Origin: a virus
Virus record (IMG/VR): IMGVR_UViG_3300012346_000182
Coordinates: 1-29,496 of that record
Strand: one strand, 5' to 3'
Length of the DNA: 29,496 bases
Positions 23,708-29,346 of the stretch are shown here, in pieces. The position numbers were made by a program, and so were the translations under genes. How positions within the stretch are numbered: position 1 is the first letter of the stretch; each line of letters opens with the position of its first letter. The notes under the pieces are model-generated. The model was not told the origin of the DNA, ran no database searches, and worked only from the letters and a program-made list of their open reading frames with translations.

Positions 23708-23938
23708 TTATTTAATTGTTAAATTGTTTTCGGTATCGGTTGAGCCTATCGCCCAAAATTCATCTTTCATTATTGGATGATGTTTTGCGTGGTTCTCTAT
23801 GCACTTGTCGCACCATTCTTCGTAATCTTCGATTGAGGTATAAACAACGTATAGTTCACTTTCGTAATGCATCTCGGAACACTTCTCGCATCTTTCACCT
23901 TCAAAGATGGATGTTGGGGGGTTTATGTTATCGTACAT
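23708..23938 (-). CDS. Zinc-ribbon-like small protein (76 aa)
   Basis: CEKC...(26 aa)...CDKC pairs. Acidic. Confidence 0.55.
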   Translation of the reverse strand: MYDNINPPTSIFEGERCEKCSEMHYESELYVVYTSIEDYEEWCDKCIENHAKHHPIMKDEFWAIGSTDTENNLTIK

Positions 23939-24098
23939 ATGTTCTTTCAGTTAATAGGTCTTCCATTCTTTCAAGGGGGCTACGCGGTACACTATTCGCG
24001 ATATGTTGAGCCAGTGTATTATAATCAAGTTGTTCACTTGGGTAACTTGACGATTGTACGCATACAAACTTTTTAGGGTAAGTTAAGTTCAGTTTCAT
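23928..24098 (-). CDS. Hypothetical protein (56 aa; below the track cutoff)
   Basis: Peptide MKLNLTYPKKFVCVQSSSYPSEQLDYNTLAQHIANSVPRSPLERMEDLLTERTYVR. Coupled on both sides. Confidence 0.4.
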   Translation of the reverse strand: MKLNLTYPKKFVCVQSSSYPSEQLDYNTLAQHIANSVPRSPLERMEDLLTERTYVR

Positions 24099-24256
24099 AA
24101 TGCGCGATGATTGGGTTTTTTTACTGCATTTAAAGTTGATTCTAATTCTTCAGGGGTGAATACATCATTAGCATATTGCTTAACGTATCTTTCAACCGCT
24201 AACTTCACAATAATAACTTCGGTTGATGTCAGTTCTAATCTCCAAAACTTTTCCAT
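24095..24256 (-). CDS. Hypothetical protein (53 aa; below the track cutoff)
   Basis: Peptide MEKFWRLELTSTEVIIVKLAVERYVKQYANDVFTPEELESTLNAVKKPNHRAL. ATGA overlap with the next ORF. Confidence 0.4.
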   Translation of the reverse strand: MEKFWRLELTSTEVIIVKLAVERYVKQYANDVFTPEELESTLNAVKKPNHRAL

Positions 24257-24258
24257 AA

Positions 24259-24471
24259 TTACGCGATTTCAAAGATATAGATTTCACTTCTAAATGGAGA
24301 GGTTGCAGGCACTTCCAAATCATAGGCATAAGCAAAGCCATCTTGGTCTTCGTTACAGGTTAGGCTCATTTCGTCAGCGTGGCGGTGAACTGATTGGTTT
24401 GCGAGTTCTAATGTTGGGAAGTCAAATACCTTTGCTTGAGTTCCTGATTCGTGGATGATTACTTGATACAT
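24259..24471 (-). CDS. Hypothetical acidic protein (70 aa)
   Basis: Second ORF of the leftward early operon. Confidence 0.55.
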   Translation of the reverse strand: MYQVIIHESGTQAKVFDFPTLELANQSVHRHADEMSLTCNEDQDGFAYAYDLEVPATSPFRSEIYIFEIA

Positions 24472-24538
24472 TTTTTTATTGTTTTAAGTTGTTTGCTAAT
24501 TTAAGTTATGCGTTGTAGAGTCGCATCCCTCTTTTGAT

Positions 24539-24763
24539 TTATTTTACTTCTACAAATACACAAGAATAGTCACACTCTAAATCGTATTCACATTCTACTT
24601 GCGCGTTCATTCCGAAATACTTTGCGATTCTTTGCATTGCTGCTTGGTTATCACCTTCAAAGTGGAAAGTAAATGATTTCTCACCTCTGATTGTAAAGTC
24701 AACTGCGATACCTGCGATTTGTGACATTACATTCTTTACCATTTCGATTTTTGCGTTTTTCAT
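24539..24763 (-). CDS. Hypothetical protein (74 aa), first gene of the leftward early operon
   Basis: ORF 24 nt downstream of a TATATTTG -7 box. Confidence 0.6.
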   Translation of the reverse strand: MKNAKIEMVKNVMSQIAGIAVDFTIRGEKSFTFHFEGDNQAAMQRIAKYFGMNAQVECEYDLECDYSCVFVEVK

Positions 24764-24786
24764 TTGTTCTTTGTTTTTGTTCTTTG
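24764..24786 (-). repeat. Tandem 10-mer in the leftward leader (CAAAGAACAA x2 on the minus strand)
   Basis: ttgttctttg at 24764-24773 and again at 24777-24786 (13-nt period), between the -7 box and the ATG. Confidence 0.85.
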
Positions 24787-24819
24787 CAAATATATGTAAA
24801 CTTCTTTCTTCATTCCAAA
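24787..24819 (-). promoter_or_regulatory. Leftward early promoter candidate (TTTG-N21-TATATTTG)
   Basis: On the minus strand, TTTG (24819-24816), a 21-nt spacer, and TATATTTG (24794-24787). This matches the Bacteroidetes sigma-A consensus TTTG-N19-21-TAnnTTTG. Confidence 0.5.
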
Positions 24820-24823
24820 TAAA

Positions 24824-24856
24824 TTTTAAAGAAAAATAAAACTTTTTTCATTTTTG
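24824..24856 (+). promoter_or_regulatory. Rightward early promoter candidate (weak)
   Basis: cATTTTTG at 24849-24856 (7/8 of TAnnTTTG) with only a TTTT/TTTA -33-like element at 24824-24828. Back-to-back with the leftward promoter. Confidence 0.2.
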
Positions 24857-24918
24857 TTGATTTTACGCGGGTTTCGGAAGGTCATTAAATAGTAATTTAG
24901 ACGCATTCTAAATAATAG

Positions 24919-25314
24919 ATGAAGCAAAAGATAGTCAATTCATTAAAACCGAGAGCGAAAAAACCCTATTCGGGTGAAGCAGGAGTTCAAATTGCGGTGA
25001 TTCAGTACCTTAAAATGGCTTATCCTAATGCTATTTATTGCGCAAGTGCGGGTGGTATGTTCACAAGCATGAAACAGGCTATCAAAATGAAGGCGACTGG
25101 ATATGTAAAAGGCTTTCCTGATTTGCAAATTTGCGAACCAAACGAAAAGTATCATGGGTTATTTATCGAATTAAAGACCGAAAAGGGTGTTGTGAGTAAG
25201 GAACAAAAGGAATGGATCAAACAACTAAACAAAAGGGGTTATTATGCGTCTATATGTAAAGGATTCGATGAGGCGCAAAAGATTATAGATGGTTATTTCG
25301 CAGGAACAATATAA
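24919..25314 (+). CDS. VRR-NUC domain nuclease (131 aa)
   Basis: GFPDLQI...GLFIELKTEKGVVSKEQKEWIKQLNKRGYYASICKGFDEAQKII gives a PD-(D/E)xK core (D...ELK) typical of VRR-NUC. Confidence 0.8.
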   Translation: MKQKIVNSLKPRAKKPYSGEAGVQIAVIQYLKMAYPNAIYCASAGGMFTSMKQAIKMKATGYVKGFPDLQICEPNEKYHGLFIELKTEKGVVSKEQKEWIKQLNKRGYYASICKGFDEAQKIIDGYFAGTI

Positions 25315-25783
25315 CAAGTACCGAGAGTTCGCAAGGAACTTGACAAAATCTTCTTTTGAAGGGGATGAACTTTTGCACTCTACACTTTTAAACATCCTCG
25401 AAACTGATACATCCAAGATAAACGACATTGACTCGTATATCATTTGTTCGCTAAAGTGGGAATATATCCGACCACGTACACGATACAAGAAGTTAATTGG
25501 TGACTTCCAAGCGAATTGGACAGACCTTGAACCGCATCAATTCGAAGTTGAACTAAACAACAACCGCGAAACGTGGATAGGTTCACGACTAACCAATGAG
25601 CAACTTGACATCCTAATGAGCCGCTTACCATTCTTTGAACGTGAGGTATTCAATTTATACGTTATGAATGGTTTTAGTTACCGAGAGTTGTCCAATGAAA
25701 CTGGCATACCTGTATCTTATTTATACGACACGGTCAAACGTGCCAAAGAAGAAATAAAAAAATGTATTAAGTATGACGAATAA
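25289..25783 (+). CDS. ECF-like sigma-70 family RNA polymerase sigma factor (164 aa)
   Basis: Region 4.2-like LTNEQLDILMSRLPFFEREVFNLYVMNGFSYRELSNETGIPVSYLYDTVKRAKEEIKK. The N-terminal half is compatible with region 2 (ELLHSTLLNILE...). Confidence 0.7.
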   Translation: MVISQEQYNKYREFARNLTKSSFEGDELLHSTLLNILETDTSKINDIDSYIICSLKWEYIRPRTRYKKLIGDFQANWTDLEPHQFEVELNNNRETWIGSRLTNEQLDILMSRLPFFEREVFNLYVMNGFSYRELSNETGIPVSYLYDTVKRAKEEIKKCIKYDE

Positions 25784-26276
25784 AGAAATGTTTGAGCATC
25801 GGATGGGGATATGTAAAGCCTGTCCGATTTTTAACCACACAACCCGAACCTGTGGAACTGCGTTATCCAAACTCAATCCATTTAACGAATGGCAAGAAAT
25901 GAACGGAGTTAAGTTTAAGCCTTGTGGGTGTTTTATGGATGTAAAGGCTCGTATGGCACTCCAAGAATGCCCTGCGAAACTTTGGACAGCACAAACGGAT
26001 AACGACACAATCGAAGAGGCAAAGGAGTTGATTGCAACTATTAAGAAGTCGGGAGTTGTTACAGGCGAACAACGATCCGTACTCGGTAAGTTAAAGGCAA
26101 TTATAAACGGAGACACAAAACCGATTAAGTTGAGGCATTGTATTGGTTGCGTGACCAAGATAGTTGATGAATTAACGCACCAACTTAAGCGCGAAGATTC
26201 CGAGTTGTTATTAGATACAAATGAAGTCGAACAACCACAACCCAAAAAACGTGGAAGAAAACGAAGAACTCAATGA
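25773..26276 (+). CDS. Cysteine-rich protein with a basic C-terminal tail (167 aa)
   Basis: HRMGICKAC (H-x4-C-x2-C), TRTCG, KPCGCF, ECP, HCIGC, and the tail ...PKKRGRKRRTQ. Overlaps the sigma gene stop by 11 nt. Confidence 0.65.
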   Translation: MTNKEMFEHRMGICKACPIFNHTTRTCGTALSKLNPFNEWQEMNGVKFKPCGCFMDVKARMALQECPAKLWTAQTDNDTIEEAKELIATIKKSGVVTGEQRSVLGKLKAIINGDTKPIKLRHCIGCVTKIVDELTHQLKREDSELLLDTNEVEQPQPKKRGRKRRTQ

Positions 26277-26455
26277 GCCTGCTACATTTCTTTTTTATGT
26301 CGTATTTAACGACCGTATTACTACATATTGGATTCTTCCTGACGCTAATGCGCTATCACTGCATTCGTTTCACAACTGAAAACATAGTAGGAATGCTATT
26401 CACATCTCTAACCTTTCCGCTATGGTGGTTTGGGTTGTTGAAGAATCGTGAATAA
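26273..26455 (+). CDS. Small membrane protein (60 aa, 2 TM segments)
   Basis: TM segments LLHFFFMSYLTTVLLHIGFFLTL and MLFTSLTFPLWWFGLL. ATGA overlap with the upstream gene. Confidence 0.5.
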   Translation: MSLLHFFFMSYLTTVLLHIGFFLTLMRYHCIRFTTENIVGMLFTSLTFPLWWFGLLKNRE

Positions 26456-26516
26456 GTAATTGTTGTACGAATTGTATTATAGTGCATATTTGTAGTGTTG
26501 AGTGATTCTTAAGGTT

Positions 26517-26570
26517 TCCCCCTTTGATTTAGGACGCTCAACACGTTTAAATCATTGGGGGATTTTTTTT
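26517..26570 (+). terminator. Strong rho-independent terminator of the rightward early operon
   Basis: Stem tCCCCC..tgattt (26517-26530) / aaatca..GGGGGa (26549-26562): 6+6 bp around a 2x2 U-U internal loop, with an 18-nt apical loop, then T8 (26563-26570). Confidence 0.75.
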
Positions 26571-26854
26571 AGGTAGGTCAATAAGGTTTTTTCCCGTTTT
26601 AATCCCTTGTCGTGTAACTATAATTAAGCGACAAATAAAAGCGATTGTGAAAAGAACCGCTATTCCGAGTTGGTAACGCAAGTGAGATTTCTTGGATAGC
26701 GAATAACATTAGTAATAATAAATCTACGCAATGCAGAGGTGCAACGTAGTGGTGAGAGGAAGTTAAAGAATCCTTACTAATGCCAGAGCCTAACTGGAAC
26801 TTTTGGACAATGAGTAATTATCAATTATAGTTAAAGAGATAATTAAATAGGATT

Positions 26855-26880
26855 GAATTTTGATTTATTTGATTTAAATC
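26855..26880 (+). promoter_or_regulatory. Near-consensus -7 boxes, a tandem 9-mer and a 10-bp palindrome upstream of the 26924 operon
   Basis: gAATTTTG (26855-62) and TtTATTTG (26864-71) each match 7/8 of TAnnTTTG. tttgattta is repeated at 26859-67 and 26868-76. The palindrome gatttaaatc is at 26871-80. Confidence 0.3.
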
Positions 26881-26923
26881 TTTATTCACCTAAAAACCTA
26901 ACTATGGAGTTAATTAAAGTGAT

Positions 26924-27157
26924 ATGAAAAGAAAAGAATTAAGAGCCGAACTATTTGAGAAGATGATTAGCCAATATGCTGAAACTAATACAATAGTTTG
27001 GAAACGGATGGCTAAACCACATTTTAGAGTTATGCTACCAAGTACAACTGTGGATATATACACCACAGGTTTAAAGTATCATTTAATTGAAGATAATGAG
27101 AGAGGAAGCCTAAGAGATTTAAATGATGCTATCGAGTTGCTTGAATGGCTTAAATGA
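26924..27157 (+). CDS. Hypothetical protein (77 aa)
   Basis: First ORF after the long ORF-free region. Confidence 0.6.
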   Translation: MKRKELRAELFEKMISQYAETNTIVWKRMAKPHFRVMLPSTTVDIYTTGLKYHLIEDNERGSLRDLNDAIELLEWLK

Positions 27158-27166
27158 TTATATTTG
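27136..27166 (+). promoter_or_regulatory. Bacteroidota-type promoter candidate (GTTG-N19-TATATTTG)
   Basis: GTTG at 27136-27139, a 19-nt spacer, and TATATTTG at 27159-27166, 15 nt upstream of ATG 27182. Confidence 0.4.
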
Positions 27167-27181
27167 TAATAGATAACAACA

Positions 27182-27538
27182 ATGATAATACTTCCAGCAC
27201 AAATCGAATCTATCAAATCTCGCAAAGACCGAACTACTGCGATTGTAATAGGCACAAATGAATTAACACCTGATCAAGCGGGGCAAATATTCAGCCTTCA
27301 AAATTCGTTTGTCTATTGCGCTCTAAAAGAAGAGGAATTTGCGTCTAAAGAAAAGGAGATAATAGATGAGCTAAAAGCCGACTTTGAGATAGAAAAGAAA
27401 AGCAATGGGCAACGATTAAGGAATGTGCTGTATAAATTGTGGGAGCAGGATAAAGAAGGGTTCTTAACCTTTGCAAAGTATTACGACCATAAGATGGAGC
27501 AACTAATAAACCACTTTAAAACCAAGTTAGATGTTTAA
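27182..27538 (+). CDS. Hypothetical protein (118 aa)
   Basis: ORF. The ...SNGQRLRNVLYKLWEQ... segment recurs in unrelated phage hypothetical proteins, from memory only. Confidence 0.65.
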   Translation: MIILPAQIESIKSRKDRTTAIVIGTNELTPDQAGQIFSLQNSFVYCALKEEEFASKEKEIIDELKADFEIEKKSNGQRLRNVLYKLWEQDKEGFLTFAKYYDHKMEQLINHFKTKLDV

Positions 27539-27764
27539 AAAGTGTTTTACTTGTAGTTATAAATTACCATTATTTATGTTTAGTGAGGATCGTAGACCAT
27601 ACAAACGAGAACACGACAAAGGAAAGGTTAAGTGTTGCAGGATGTGTAATTATAAGAGATGGTCAAAATTACGTGAAGATTGGTTTTGTAATGTTGAGAC
27701 AAATAAATTTGAGTTGGTGAAATTCAATAGTAAATTAGACATATTAAAAAGAGTATTACGATGA
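27531..27764 (+). CDS. Cys-rich small protein (77 aa), zinc-finger-like
   Basis: CFTC...(28 aa)...CCRMC. Basic. Coupled to its neighbours. Confidence 0.55.
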   Translation: MFKKCFTCSYKLPLFMFSEDRRPYKREHDKGKVKCCRMCNYKRWSKLREDWFCNVETNKFELVKFNSKLDILKRVLR

Positions 27765-28126
27765 AGAAACAAGTACAACAAGTAAAAGAGTTCCGAACTG
27801 CGTTTGGCTTATCTAACAACGTGCATGACTGCGACAAAGAACTTCACCAAGCACTGGTTACAGAGGAATTAGAAGAGATGATCCAAGCCAATAATCACGT
27901 TGAAATAGCGGATGCGATTATAGACCAAATGTATCTTCTTATTGGTTATGCTTGTAACCTACAAATTGAGGACAAACTTGAAGCCCTATTCGATGAAGTG
28001 CACCGTTCTAATATGAGTAAGTTAGATAAGGATGGAAAGCCTATCTATCGTGCAGATGGCAAGGTTATGAAAAGTGAGTTGTACTTTAAGCCAAACCTCA
28101 AAAACATTTTACTTAATCAATTATGA
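27761..28126 (+). CDS. MazG-like all-alpha nucleotide pyrophosphohydrolase (121 aa)
   Basis: LVTEELEEM...EIADAIIDQMYLLIGYA...FDEVHRSNMSKLDKDGKPIYRADGKVMKSELYFKPNL, i.e. the EE..E / D..D metal-binding helices and the VH.SNMSK...GK..K motif. Confidence 0.7.
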   Translation: MKKQVQQVKEFRTAFGLSNNVHDCDKELHQALVTEELEEMIQANNHVEIADAIIDQMYLLIGYACNLQIEDKLEALFDEVHRSNMSKLDKDGKPIYRADGKVMKSELYFKPNLKNILLNQL

Positions 28127-28251
28127 AAAAAATTAAATACTTTATTTTCACTTGGCTCTTTGTTATTATTGCTGTTGCTCTTCAAATAGCTTTAATTGCG
28201 TTGGGAATTTATTCAGTAATTAAATTTGCGAAATGGTGTTGGACTTGTTAA
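28123..28251 (+). CDS. Small membrane protein (42 aa; below the track cutoff)
   Basis: Peptide MKKIKYFIFTWLFVIIAVALQIALIALGIYSVIKFAKWCWTC. ATGA overlap with the upstream stop. Confidence 0.4.
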   Translation: MKKIKYFIFTWLFVIIAVALQIALIALGIYSVIKFAKWCWTC

Positions 28252-28269
28252 TATCAATAGTTATCAACT

Positions 28270-28560
28270 ATGGCATTTAAAAAAGGTAAAAGCGGAAACC
28301 CAAATGGACGACCTCACGGCGCGAAGTCCGAAAAAACTTTACAATGGGAGGCACTCGGTGAATCCATTACAGGTCAACAAGCGGAGCAATTCAATGCGTT
28401 CCTTGACAAGCTATGGAAGTCGAGAGATGACCAAGATAAGATGATTGCAAGTGAGTTGTATTTAAAGACACTCGAATACTTCAAACCAAAACAGGCAAGG
28501 AACACCATCGTTGGTGATGCGGATGCACCAGTACAAATTATTATCAGTGATAAATTATGA
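28270..28560 (+). CDS. GNPxGRP-motif (DUF5681-like) protein, small terminase / DNA-binding candidate (96 aa)
   Basis: The N-terminal FKKGKSGNPNGRPHGAK matches the f.kG.SGNP.GRPkG signature often found on putative small terminase subunits. Confidence 0.55.
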   Translation: MAFKKGKSGNPNGRPHGAKSEKTLQWEALGESITGQQAEQFNAFLDKLWKSRDDQDKMIASELYLKTLEYFKPKQARNTIVGDADAPVQIIISDKL

Positions 28561-28787
28561 AGGCTGTAATTGAGTTCGACTTAAACGATGAAATGGATAT
28601 ACTAACCCATAAACGTTTTATGTCCATTGATTCGGTTTACTACGTGCTATGGCAGTTCACCGAAGAGATGCGAAGGCAGGTAAAGTATAACACCAATAAC
28701 TACAATGGCGAACAATTAGAGGCAATAGAGAAACTACGTGAGACATTTAATGAGTTACTAATAAATAATCAAATATCTTTAGACTGA
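28557..28787 (+). CDS. Hypothetical protein (76 aa)
   Basis: ORF with ATGA coupling to the upstream gene. Confidence 0.6.
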   Translation: MKAVIEFDLNDEMDILTHKRFMSIDSVYYVLWQFTEEMRRQVKYNTNNYNGEQLEAIEKLRETFNELLINNQISLD

Positions 28788-29167
28788 TGACACCGCAAGA
28801 CACTGCAAATAAAATTGTTTCAAAATACTTTATTATGCTTAGGCACGATAAATTGATTGAGGATGTTAATCTACACACTGCTAAAAAATGCGCATTGATA
28901 GCTGTAGATTTAATTAACGAATCACTTACTGACTATGGCAGTGGAGATTCATTTCAGCTCCAAAATATGGATAGCGAATTTAGATATTGGGAACAAGTAA
29001 AACAAGAGATAAATAAACAAACTATAATAGAAGAAAAATCATATAACTATGATGAATTAAAATTGGTTTTAAAAGAATACCATGATTCATTATTTTATAT
29101 CCCTTTAAGCGATGATGAATTAAAAAAAAATGTAGATTATTTAATTAAACAAATTTATACCAAATAG
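28787..29167 (+). CDS. Hypothetical protein (126 aa)
   Basis: ORF with TGATG coupling. Confidence 0.6.
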   Translation: MTPQDTANKIVSKYFIMLRHDKLIEDVNLHTAKKCALIAVDLINESLTDYGSGDSFQLQNMDSEFRYWEQVKQEINKQTIIEEKSYNYDELKLVLKEYHDSLFYIPLSDDELKKNVDYLIKQIYTK

Positions 29168-29178
29168 TATTATACCAA

Positions 29179-29346
29179 ATGGAAGAACAACGCGAACAAC
29201 AAATGCACCACACTTACCGCTTATGCGTAATGTTTGGTATGTGGCTACAACAACCACCACAAAGAAAGAGGTTGGCTAAAGGATCAATGACTGACTTGTT
29301 TCAGGAATGGATTGAGTTAATCAGTAATCAGTTGGGAGATGAATAA
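29179..29346 (+). CDS. Hypothetical protein (55 aa; below the track cutoff)
   Basis: Peptide MEEQREQQMHHTYRLCVMFGMWLQQPPQRKRLAKGSMTDLFQEWIELISNQLGDE. Its stop overlaps the next start (ATGAATAA). Confidence 0.4.
   Translation: MEEQREQQMHHTYRLCVMFGMWLQQPPQRKRLAKGSMTDLFQEWIELISNQLGDE

Noticed and set aside
25721-26245. 174-aa minus-strand ORF almost exactly antisense to the Cys-rich gene 25773..26276
   Set aside because: The + strand product has balanced, charged composition and is translationally coupled to both neighbours. The minus-strand product is S/C/F/N-rich with few charged residues and has no promoter context.
26659-26700. tRNA-like fragment (agttggtaa, reminiscent of a D-loop) within a gctattc/ggatagc hairpin
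   Set aside because: No acceptor stem, anticodon arm or GTTC-type T-arm can be built around it. It is not a tRNA.
28226-28444. 72-aa ORF in an alternative frame overlapping 28270..28560
   Set aside because: The overlapping frame starting at 28270 carries the conserved GNPNGRP motif and is coupled to the downstream gene. The alternative frame has no recognisable features.
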